From positions 35,140 through 99,139 of the forward strand of contig JBBSYC010000001.1 of assembly GCA_038045445.1 (NCBI GenBank): a DNA stretch of 64,000 nt, written 5' to 3'. How positions within the stretch are numbered: the first letter of the stretch is position 1; each line of letters starts with the position of its first letter. This DNA is from Nanobdellota archaeon. GTDB lineage: Archaea > Nanobdellota > Nanobdellia > Pacearchaeales > GW2011-AR1. The position numbers were made by a program, and so were the translations under genes. The notes beneath the pieces are model-generated. The model had not been told where the DNA came from. It searched no databases and was given only the letters and a program-made list of their open reading frames with translations. Positions 56,855 through 64,000 of the stretch are shown in pieces.

Positions 56855-57060
56855 GCTTACCTTCTTTAATAAATTCTAACTTTGTTATCTTGTTGTCTTT
56901 GATTTCTAGAATGGTGTTTACATGAGAGCCAAAGCCTGCGTTTACTATTGTTGTTTGATTTATTGTGTCTTTTTCTAAGTTCTATTCTTAGTAAAATGGT
57001 TATAATAAAATTAATTCTTTCTTTAATTAAACTTAAATAATCTGGCTTCGTTTAAAAAAA

Positions 57061-57843
57061 ATGGAGACAAAAGAGATAAGAAAAATCCTAAAATCTAGTT
57101 TCGAGAGTTGTTCTTTTTATAACCATATTAAGGGGGTGACAATTGTTGGATCATTCTCTGAAGATAGATCTTTGTATTGCAATGACGAGGCTGATATTTT
57201 ATTGGTTGTAGATACTATTGATGTAGTCTTATTAAAAAAAATTCATGATTGGGCAAAAGATATATATAAAAAAAATACAAATAAAAGGAAATGGAAGTAC
57301 ACATTTAAAAATGGACCCTACAAAGAGGTAGCTTACAAACCAAATTTATTACTTCAAATTTTGTTGGACCCCTTAAGTGAGTTAGGGAATTATCCCCCAA
57401 CTTTCCTAAAATCTTTTGAAAAAAAACATAAAGTTCTATTGGGAAAATTTCTTTACCCTAAGGTTAAACAACCCACACTTAAGAGTATCTGTTATCAAAA
57501 AAGGAATCTCATTTGGTGGATTGATAAGATAAAAAATAATAAAACCTTTTATTTTGAATGGATTCAGGCAGGGAATAAGGTAAAATTAGATTTCAAAATT
57601 ATTAAAATTCCATTAGAACAAACATGTGAAATGGCTCTTTCAGTGTTAAAGAAGGAATTTAATAATCTGATTTTGGCAGGGTACAAACCAACCAAAGAGA
57701 TTAGTAAAGAAGTTGAAGGGTTATTGATTTATGACAGTACAATCAAATCATGTAAAAAATTTAAAAAGACAAAAGAAATAATTAACAAAATAGTTTCTTT
57801 ATTCAAAAGATTACATAAAAACTCGCTAAAACAGTGTGAATAA
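57061..57843 (+). CDS. hypothetical protein with possible Pol-beta-type nucleotidyltransferase core
   Basis: VGSFSEDRSLYCNDEADILLVVD loosely fits the NTase fold pattern GS-x(9-13)-[DE]h[DE]h. Weak. Confidence 0.3.
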   Translation: METKEIRKILKSSFESCSFYNHIKGVTIVGSFSEDRSLYCNDEADILLVVDTIDVVLLKKIHDWAKDIYKKNTNKRKWKYTFKNGPYKEVAYKPNLLLQILLDPLSELGNYPPTFLKSFEKKHKVLLGKFLYPKVKQPTLKSICYQKRNLIWWIDKIKNNKTFYFEWIQAGNKVKLDFKIIKIPLEQTCEMALSVLKKEFNNLILAGYKPTKEISKEVEGLLIYDSTIKSCKKFKKTKEIINKIVSLFKRLHKNSLKQCE

Positions 57844-57948
57844 TTTTGAGTATGAGCTAATTCTTGGGGCTATGATTGCATCAAAATCATTACTATAAAT
57901 CTCTGGCTTGTTTTCATGAAGGTCTCCTATTATTAGAAATTTTGTCAT
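57826..57948 (-). pseudogene. 40-aa N-terminal remnant of a metallophosphoesterase-like gene
   Basis: Hand-translated MTKFLIIGDLHENKPEIYSNDFDAIIAPRISSYSKLFTLF, with a GDxH-type motif I. Terminates inside the 3' end of the convergent 57061-57843 ORF. Confidence 0.25.
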
Positions 57949-57986
57949 TTTAATAGAGGTTTAGAAAGCTATAAATAATCTCGTTT

Positions 57987-58334
57987 TTGATTTGTTTTAT
58001 GTTTGGAGGAATAGACCCTAAGAAGATGCAGGCAATGATGAAACAGATGGGAATCAAACAAGATGAGGTCGAGGCTGTTCGGGTTGTTATTGAAAAGGTG
58101 GATGGTGGCAAAATAGTCATAGAGGAACCTTCTGTTGTTAAGGTGACTATGCAGGGCCAGCAATCTTGGCAGATATCTGGAAACGCTCATGAGGAATCTG
58201 GAGATTCTGAAAATACTAAAGATGAAGATGTTCGTTTAATTATGGATAAGACAGGTAAGAGTTTTGAAGAATGCTCTCAAGTTCTTGAAAAGAACAATGG
58301 GGATATTGCTCAGAGTATAATGGATTTGTCGTGA
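57987..58334 (+). CDS. nac: nascent polypeptide-associated complex protein (archaeal NAC-alpha)
   Basis: NAC domain (KKMQAMMKQMGIKQDEVEAVRVVIEKVDGGKIVIEEPSVVKV) plus C-terminal UBA-like domain (FEECSQVLEKNNGDIAQSIMDL). Start probably the internal MFGG. Confidence 0.8.
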   Translation: MICFMFGGIDPKKMQAMMKQMGIKQDEVEAVRVVIEKVDGGKIVIEEPSVVKVTMQGQQSWQISGNAHEESGDSENTKDEDVRLIMDKTGKSFEECSQVLEKNNGDIAQSIMDLS

Positions 58335-58428
58335 AATTGAGTGTTTGTATATCTCTTTATAAATTTAGGCTTTTCGAAAGGTATAAAAAGAACTTTTTGT
58401 TTATTATGCTCCTTTAGGACAGGTATTT

Positions 58429-58854
58429 ATGTTAATTGATGAGATTATAAAGGAAAAGATTAGTGCAGACCATTTACTTTATGTGAGTCTGAAGTACACT
58501 AAGACTTGTGATGTTATATTAAATTTGCTTTCTCGTTGGAAGATAATGATTGATACTTCTTTTGCTTTTTTAATTAAAAAGTCTGGGAAAAGTTGGAAGC
58601 CTGTTTTTGATGCTCCAAGAGCAAGGTTTTTACAATTAAGAAAAGTCTATGCTAATGTACCTGAGGTTGCAGAGACTTTGGAGCTTTATGAATTTTTTAG
58701 AGATATCGAAGGTCTTGAGAAGGCAAGAGAAAATGAATTTAGAAAAGGAGTTAATTTAAAAGTTAATTATAAGGGAAAAGTTATCGATATAAATCTTGAA
58801 AGGCTTGCAATATATTCGCAAATTCTAGAAAGGTTTATAAGCTATCTCAAGTAA
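58429..58854 (+). CDS. hypothetical protein
   Basis: ORF track only. Confidence 0.25.
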   Translation: MLIDEIIKEKISADHLLYVSLKYTKTCDVILNLLSRWKIMIDTSFAFLIKKSGKSWKPVFDAPRARFLQLRKVYANVPEVAETLELYEFFRDIEGLEKARENEFRKGVNLKVNYKGKVIDINLERLAIYSQILERFISYLK

Positions 58855-58884
58855 TTGAATATATTGAGGCTATTTTAAATTCAC

Positions 58885-59628
58885 ATGACAGTAATAACGG
58901 TTACATCTGGAAAAGGTGGAGTTGGTAAAACTACTACTACTATTAATCTTGGCGCTGCTTTAAACTCTTTCAATAAAGAGGTTATAATTGTCGATGCTAA
59001 CTTGACTACCCCTAATGTGGGATTGCATCTTGGGGCTCCTATTGTACCTGTTAATTTGAATCATGTTATGCAAGGTAAGGCTAAAGTTGCGGATGCTATT
59101 TATGAACATGATTCAGGTACAAAGGTAATTCCTTCTTCTCTTTCAGTTAAGGAACTTAGGAGAATAAATCATGATAAACTAAAAGATGTTGCTAAGAAGT
59201 TGAGAAGTATGGCAGATTTTATTTTGTTTGACTCTGCGGCGGGGCTTGGAGATGAAGCTTGTAGTTCTATAGAGGCTGCTGATGAACTTATAATTGTGAC
59301 TAATCCTGAGATAACTGCTGTTACAGATGCCTTGAAGACGGTTAAATTGGCTCAAGAGTTGGGAAAGAAAGTTAGGGGAGTAATTATTACTCGTGTTTCA
59401 GGAAACACCCACGAGATGTCTATTTCTAATATAAAAGAAATGTTGGACTTGCCTGTTTTGGGCGTTGTTCCTGAAGACAAGAAAATTTTAGCTTCTTTAA
59501 GACATAAGGATGCTGTTATACATATGTATCCATACACAAAGTCTGCTTTAGCTTATAAGAGAATTGCTGCTAAGATTGCCGGAGTGAATTATAAAGAGCC
59601 TGGTTTTTGGAAGAAAATGATAGGTTAA
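58885..59628 (+). CDS. minD: MinD/ParA-family cell-division ATPase
   Basis: Deviant Walker A TSGKGGVGKTTT, switch regions, 247 aa. Confidence 0.85.
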   Translation: MTVITVTSGKGGVGKTTTTINLGAALNSFNKEVIIVDANLTTPNVGLHLGAPIVPVNLNHVMQGKAKVADAIYEHDSGTKVIPSSLSVKELRRINHDKLKDVAKKLRSMADFILFDSAAGLGDEACSSIEAADELIIVTNPEITAVTDALKTVKLAQELGKKVRGVIITRVSGNTHEMSISNIKEMLDLPVLGVVPEDKKILASLRHKDAVIHMYPYTKSALAYKRIAAKIAGVNYKEPGFWKKMIG

Positions 59629-59690
59629 TTTGTAACTTTTGAATAGTTATAATTAAATAGATTTATATATGATTCTTTTTTTGGTTTTTT

Positions 59691-61208
59691 ATGTCAAGTA
59701 CTCAAATAGACAAGAATTATGGAAATGATTGGGCTAAATCAAAATCTCGTGATTTAGTTAGAAGTATGATTCAAAGGAATTTAGGTTATAGAAGACCTCA
59801 AGATTTAAGAGTTTTATGTTTTCCTGGAAATGAAGCTACCGAAGTCAAGGAAGTTTATGATCTCCTTGGAATTCCAAGAGGAAATATTGTTGGGGTTGAA
59901 AGAGATCCTAAGGTTGCTGAGATGATTAAGTCTCAAGGACTTGGAATTCAAGTTGTTAATCAAACTTTGGAAGATTATGTTGCTTCGCAAGATTCTTTGG
60001 GTTTTGATGTTGTTAGTTTGGACTATACGGGTCCTTTGAATGGAGGACAGCTTGAAAGTTTGAGAACAATTTCTTTAATGAATTCTAGAGAAGATTTTAT
60101 TCTTAATCAATCTAATTTGGCTAAAAGGGACGGATCTAATAAAGATTTGTATGTTGCTGGGGCGATTGGTAGAAAGTTAAGAGATCCTTCTAATCCTCAA
60201 ATGCTTATGTCCTCGCAAATTTCTTCGGTAAATCCTTTTGGAGACGGTAGTTCTTTGGATATAGTTATTTCTGGGGAAAAACAATTTGAAGATGCAGATA
60301 TTGGGTCTGCTAGAACTTATGGTTATTCTCGTCTTTTAAGTGCCTCTTTACAATCTCCCGATGAGTCCCAACAAGAGTTTCTTAAAAAATTAGTATTTTT
60401 TCTAGGTTTAGACGAGGGGCTAATTAAAGAATTAGAGAGCAATTTTTCAGCTAAATCTCAAATTCAGATTAGTAGTTTGGCTCTTCATTCTATAAAAAAA
60501 TCTCTTCTTGCTCGCGGAATTAATGATTCTTTTAGTGCCCAAGGAATTCTTGGCGCTTTATGGCATGCTAGTCTTCCTAAATCTTACGAGCCCTGTGATG
60601 CGGAGGCATATTCTTATATCTCTGAATCTGGAGCTCCTATGATAGGAGCAGTTCATTATCTTAAATCTATCTCTCGTTCCCAACCAGAAGCGAGAGAATT
60701 ATCCCGGCTGGTAACTTTTCAGGGAAAATTTAAAGTGATTGATAGGGGCAGATTAGCCCAGGCGATATCAAGATTTGGTAGATCTTATAAAAGAGGCATG
60801 AATATTGGAAGAATTGTTGAGGGTAGAATAAAGGCGGAGAACCCTGTTTTTCTAGGCTCATCTGCCCGACCTGTTTTAACTAAGCAGAGAGCTATTGAAG
60901 AATTTAGGGCTGGTGCTTCTGTGGATGAAGTTAGAGAAAAATATAGGGGTGTGAATGGAAAGCCTCTTGCACAATGGAAAGCACATGTGACTATGGGGAC
61001 CTACAATGATTCTCTTAGAAGTGAAGAAGTGATTGTTGAAGATGTTGAGGATTCAGATGTTGAGAAAATAACAAAAGAACAGGCACTTGATTTGCTTTCT
61101 AATGGGGTTCCTCCCAAAGAAATTGCAGACGCATATCCTACTTCATTTACTCAACCTCAATTAATAGCTTTTAACTATTGGTTAGGTAAAGGCAAATATA
61201 CTGGTTAG
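59691..61208 (+). CDS. hypothetical 505-aa protein, possibly with an N-terminal Rossmann-like domain
   Basis: VLCFPGNEATEV...VGVERDP...FDVVSLDYTG weakly resembles SAM-methyltransferase motifs I/II; otherwise unknown. Confidence 0.3.
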   Translation: MSSTQIDKNYGNDWAKSKSRDLVRSMIQRNLGYRRPQDLRVLCFPGNEATEVKEVYDLLGIPRGNIVGVERDPKVAEMIKSQGLGIQVVNQTLEDYVASQDSLGFDVVSLDYTGPLNGGQLESLRTISLMNSREDFILNQSNLAKRDGSNKDLYVAGAIGRKLRDPSNPQMLMSSQISSVNPFGDGSSLDIVISGEKQFEDADIGSARTYGYSRLLSASLQSPDESQQEFLKKLVFFLGLDEGLIKELESNFSAKSQIQISSLALHSIKKSLLARGINDSFSAQGILGALWHASLPKSYEPCDAEAYSYISESGAPMIGAVHYLKSISRSQPEARELSRLVTFQGKFKVIDRGRLAQAISRFGRSYKRGMNIGRIVEGRIKAENPVFLGSSARPVLTKQRAIEEFRAGASVDEVREKYRGVNGKPLAQWKAHVTMGTYNDSLRSEEVIVEDVEDSDVEKITKEQALDLLSNGVPPKEIADAYPTSFTQPQLIAFNYWLGKGKYTG

Positions 61209-61540
61209 TGTATTTTACTTCCCGGAGATATTTGTTTTTCTGGTTTTATAAAAAAGACGTTCGTTTTTTCTTCATTGCTCGCTGCTAGAATCATTCCATT
61301 GCTTTCTACTCCTCTTAACACTACTGGTTCTAAATTTGCCACGAATATGGCTTGTTTACCTTTAAGGTCTTCATGAGTATAGTATGTTCTTAGGCCTGCT
61401 ACTATTGTTCTTGCTATTGGTTCTCCTAAATCTACTTTTAAGATGTAGAGTTTGTCTGCTTTAGGATGATTTTCAACTTCTAGAATTGTTCCGACTCTTA
61501 AGTCTATTTTTTGGAAATCTGTGAATGGGATTTTTGTCAT
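61205..61540 (-). CDS. stand-alone tRNA-binding domain protein (Trbp111/CsaA/EMAP-like)
   Basis: DLRVGTILEVENHPKADKLYILKVDLGE...IVAG and LEPVVLRGVESNGMIL are characteristic of the OB-fold tRNA-binding domain usually appended to MetRS. Confidence 0.7.
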   Translation of the reverse strand: MTKIPFTDFQKIDLRVGTILEVENHPKADKLYILKVDLGEPIARTIVAGLRTYYTHEDLKGKQAIFVANLEPVVLRGVESNGMILAASNEEKTNVFFIKPEKQISPGSKIH

Positions 61541-61577
61541 GTTAGTACCTCTTCTAATGTTAGTCCTGCATCTTTCA

Positions 61578-61755
61578 CTATGTGATGAAGAGTTCCCTTT
61601 TTAAATTAGGATGTTTTGGAACAGTCAGTTTTATTATTTTAAAAGGAGTGTTCTTTTCTAATCTAATATGCGAACCTCTTTGCCTTACAACCACAAATCC
61701 AAATCTTTGCAACCTTTTTATTAATTCAATTCCAGAGATCTGTGGAATTTTCATA
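61578..61755 (-). pseudogene. hicA: hicA toxin gene with a 1-nt insertion (frameshift) after codon 5
   Basis: Minus strand reads ATG AAA ATT CCA CAG G ATC TCT GGA... Frame 0 stops after MKIPQDLWN. The +1 frame encodes SGIELIKRLQRFGFVVVRQRGSHIRLEKNTPFKIIKLTVPKHPNLKKGTLHHI, a complete HicA body. The ATG overlaps the hicB stop (ATGA). Confidence 0.55.
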
Positions 61756-61957
61756 CAATTATTTTTTCGCTTATTCCTTTATCAAGATAAACCATTATTT
61801 CGTTTTGATCAGGTTCTAAATATAATTGTATTGCTTCCTTAATATTCTCTATAGCTTCTTCTTTTGTTTCTCCTTGAGATACACAGCCTTGTAATGATGG
61901 GACATATACGGTATATCCACCTTCTTCTTGAGGCTCAAGTATGATATATAATTCCAT
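61751..61957 (-). CDS. hicB: HicB-family antitoxin
   Basis: MELYIILEPQEEGGYTVYVPSLQGCVSQGETKEEAIENIKEAIQLYLE is the HicB/UPF0150 pattern. Confidence 0.7.
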   Translation of the reverse strand: MELYIILEPQEEGGYTVYVPSLQGCVSQGETKEEAIENIKEAIQLYLEPDQNEIMVYLDKGISEKIIV

Positions 61958-61997
61958 ATATTTTTACGTTTAGTAGAGATTATAAGTTTTTTGGTGC

Positions 61998-62696
61998 TTA
62001 TATTGTAGCTCCGCCATCTACTGCTAAGATTGTGCCCGTTGTAAAATCATTTTCTGCTAAAAAAATGGTTGCATGAGCAATTTCTTCAGGTTTTCCCGCT
62101 CTTTTCATCGGATGTCTGGTAGCACTTCTTTTAAGATTACTTAATCCCTCTTCTTTTGATGTCTCTGATTTCAACCATATAGGGGTGTCAATTACTCCAG
62201 GGTTAATACAATTAACTCTAATTTCATTTTCAATTAATTCCAATGCTAAACTCTTTGTTAAATTTATAATTGCTGCTTTTGATAAGCTATATATTGAATT
62301 TCCAGGTCTCGGAGTTATTCCACTTATTGAACCTATATTTATGATGCATCCGCCCTTGCTGATTTTATAAATTGAATATTTACACATCCAAAAAACTCCT
62401 TTAATATTTGTATCAATAACTTTATTGATTTCTTCTGTTGTTGTTTTTTCTATTGTGTCTCCTGCGAAAATTCCTGCATTATTTACTAGAATATCTATTG
62501 ACTTTACTTTGTTTATTGCTGATTTTATCTGTTCTTCTTTACTTACATCAACTTTATGGAATTCGCATTCATAATCTGGTTTGTTTTTTCCAAAGATAAT
62601 TATTTTTGCTCCTTTTTGCATAAACTCTTTTGCTATTGCTTTTCCGATGCCCGTACTTCCGCCAGTTATTAGGGAGGTTTTGTTTTTTAGATTCAT
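61998..62696 (-). CDS. short-chain dehydrogenase/reductase (FabG-like 3-oxoacyl reductase family)
   Basis: TGGSTGIGKAIA cofactor motif, NNAG, catalytic S...YSLSKAA (YxxxK). Confidence 0.8.
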   Translation of the reverse strand: MNLKNKTSLITGGSTGIGKAIAKEFMQKGAKIIIFGKNKPDYECEFHKVDVSKEEQIKSAINKVKSIDILVNNAGIFAGDTIEKTTTEEINKVIDTNIKGVFWMCKYSIYKISKGGCIINIGSISGITPRPGNSIYSLSKAAIINLTKSLALELIENEIRVNCINPGVIDTPIWLKSETSKEEGLSNLKRSATRHPMKRAGKPEEIAHATIFLAENDFTTGTILAVDGGATI

Positions 62697-62714
62697 TTTT
62701 AGATATTATAACTT

Positions 62715-62918
62715 TTAAATAAGATTTTTAACATTAATTTGAGAGAGTGATTTTAGAGGTATTCTTTTACTTACATTTAATAGTTCTATCCCTAAAATAT
62801 TTGAATCTTTATCTAAATCAATTATTGTGAAGTCATCTATTTTCTTATTTTTTGCGAATTCTCCACTACGAAACTCTATATAAATTGCATCTGCTTCTTT
62901 ATCGTAAGTTATTTCCAT
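62715..62918 (-). CDS. DUF2283-family small protein (second copy)
   Basis: TYDKEADAIYIEF...IIDLDKDSNILGIELLNVS. Confidence 0.55.
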   Translation of the reverse strand: MEITYDKEADAIYIEFRSGEFAKNKKIDDFTIIDLDKDSNILGIELLNVSKRIPLKSLSQINVKNLI

Positions 62919-63133
62919 TTTGTTATATCCAGTAAATTGTTATTACCTTTATGTGTTTCTGTTTTTTCACAACATATTTCAATTGTTCCATAGGGTAATT
63001 TTTTGCTAAAATAATATTGTTCGTGTTTCTTATCTATTTTTTCAGGATAATTAATAATATCCATTACTTCTTGTTCTGTAATTTTTCTTTTTATAATTCT
63101 TGCTTTAGCATGTTCTGTAAATATTATTTTCAT
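62909..63133 (-). CDS. DUF4258-family putative toxin (second copy)
   Basis: IIFTEHAKARIIKRKITEQEVMDII pattern. Overlaps the DUF2283 gene by 10 nt. Its stop overlaps the MetRS end region. Confidence 0.5.
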   Translation of the reverse strand: MKIIFTEHAKARIIKRKITEQEVMDIINYPEKIDKKHEQYYFSKKLPYGTIEICCEKTETHKGNNNLLDITKWK

Positions 63134-64000
63134 TGTATTTTTTGAAATAAGATTTCTGATTTAACTATTTTGCTTTCTTTTAGAGGTTTATCTAATTCGT
63201 CTAAGGATATTTTAAAATTGAACGTTTTTGATATTTTTTCTGCTGTTTCTGGCATGAATGGGAATAAGAGTATTGCAATGTTTTTTATTGCAGTTGCTAA
63301 TTCGTATAAAACTTTTCTTGAGTTCGATTCACTCTTGCTGCGAGCTTCCTCGCCTTGCTGTGGAGCTTCTCGCTGCGGTGAACAAACTTCCCAAGGTTTC
63401 TTTTCTTGAATATACTCATTAGTTTTGTCTACATAGTGAAATATAATTTCTAAAACTTTATGCAATTCATAGTTATTGAAATGTTCGTTTACTTGTTTTA
63501 ATGTTTCTTCTATTTCTAAAGTATTTTTTGTTTTTTCAATTCCATATTTTTCTGCTAGAGTTGAGACTCTGCTTACTAGATTGCCTAGTTTGTTTGCTAA
63601 TTCATTGTTGTGACGTTCTATTAGCATTTCTTGAGAGAAATCTCCATCATCCCCTAAAGGTGTTTCTCTCAATAGGAAGTATCTTGCACTGTCTACTCCT
63701 GCAATTTTTACTAAATCATTTATTTTTATTGCATTACCTGCAGATTTACCCATTTTTTTATTATTTACAGTCCACCATCCGTGAGCGAATACTGTTTTTG
63801 GCAAGGGTAGTTTTACTGCTTCTAATAATGCTGGCCAGTAAACTGTGTGAAACCATAAAATGTCTTTACCTATTAAATGAAGATCTGTTGGCCAGAATTT
63901 GTTTAGTTTCTTATTTTCTTGAGTTGCACTGTAATAGTTGAATAACGCGTCAACCCAAACGAAAGCAACGTGTTTTTTATCAAATGGAAAGGGAATTCCC
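63130..64000 (-). CDS. metG: methionyl-tRNA synthetase, C-terminal portion (gene continues beyond the window end)
   Basis: HGWWTVNNKKMGKSAGNAI (KMSKS-type), anticodon-binding region RHNNELANKLGNLVSR...EKKPW...FPFMPETAEKI. Reading frame stays open upstream of the track's 63804 start. Confidence 0.8.
   Translation of the reverse strand, partial: GIPFPFDKKHVAFVWVDALFNYYSATQENKKLNKFWPTDLHLIGKDILWFHTVYWPALLEAVKLPLPKTVFAHGWWTVNNKKMGKSAGNAIKINDLVKIAGVDSARYFLLRETPLGDDGDFSQEMLIERHNNELANKLGNLVSRVSTLAEKYGIEKTKNTLEIEETLKQVNEHFNNYELHKVLEIIFHYVDKTNEYIQEKKPWEVCSPQREAPQQGEEARSKSESNSRKVLYELATAIKNIAILLFPFMPETAEKISKTFNFKISLDELDKPLKESKIVKSEILFQKIQ

Overview
This 64-kb window reads as a low-GC (about one-third G+C by eye), gene-dense archaeal chromosome segment. 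The archaeal assignment rests on aRF1 with NIKS and GGQ motifs, GatD/GatE, archaeal-type ProRS and AspRS, NAC-alpha, Sec61-beta, deoxyhypusine synthase, FtsZ and MinD, and Shine-Dalgarno-led and ATGA-overlapped genes. I cannot name the lineage. The content is compatible with a DPANN-like or Methanobacteriales-like euryarchaeon, and that is inference only.

The housekeeping backbone is rich in translation genes:
- tRNA synthetases: ProRS, AspRS, ValRS and a partial MetRS.
- Amidotransferase subunits: GatA, GatB, GatD and GatE.
- Other translation and cell-cycle genes: aRF1, tRNA-Arg(TCG), a MnmA-like thiouridylase, and a stand-alone tRNA-binding domain protein.

Three kinds of accessory content are interspersed in this backbone:
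1. An unusually large number of small toxin-antitoxin (TA) or abortive-infection (Abi) modules:
   - RelE/RHH.
   - VapBC.
   - AbiEi/AbiEii.
   - Two DUF4258/DUF2283 pairs.
   - DUF433/DUF5615 coupled to prf1.
   - HicAB with a frameshifted hicA.
2. A roughly 5.2-kb island bounded by inverted arrays of a GTCCACT iteron. It carries a DDE transposase, a PD-(D/E)xK-like nuclease, a membrane transglutaminase-like protein, small regulators and a frameshifted RHH gene.
3. A 12.6-kb tandem cluster of three giant secreted/membrane-anchored proteins of 724, 2410 and 1048 aa.
   - All three share one C-terminal module: a Gly/Ser linker, a Cys-bracketed DGxDNDxD calcium-binding-like motif, an acidic stalk, a TM helix and a K/R tail.
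   - The first two also share a nearly identical 561-bp cassette.
   - I consider this cluster the strongest candidate for an undescribed system.

No rRNA or CRISPR array is present. All functional calls below rest on motif and architecture recognition by eye, because no database search was possible.
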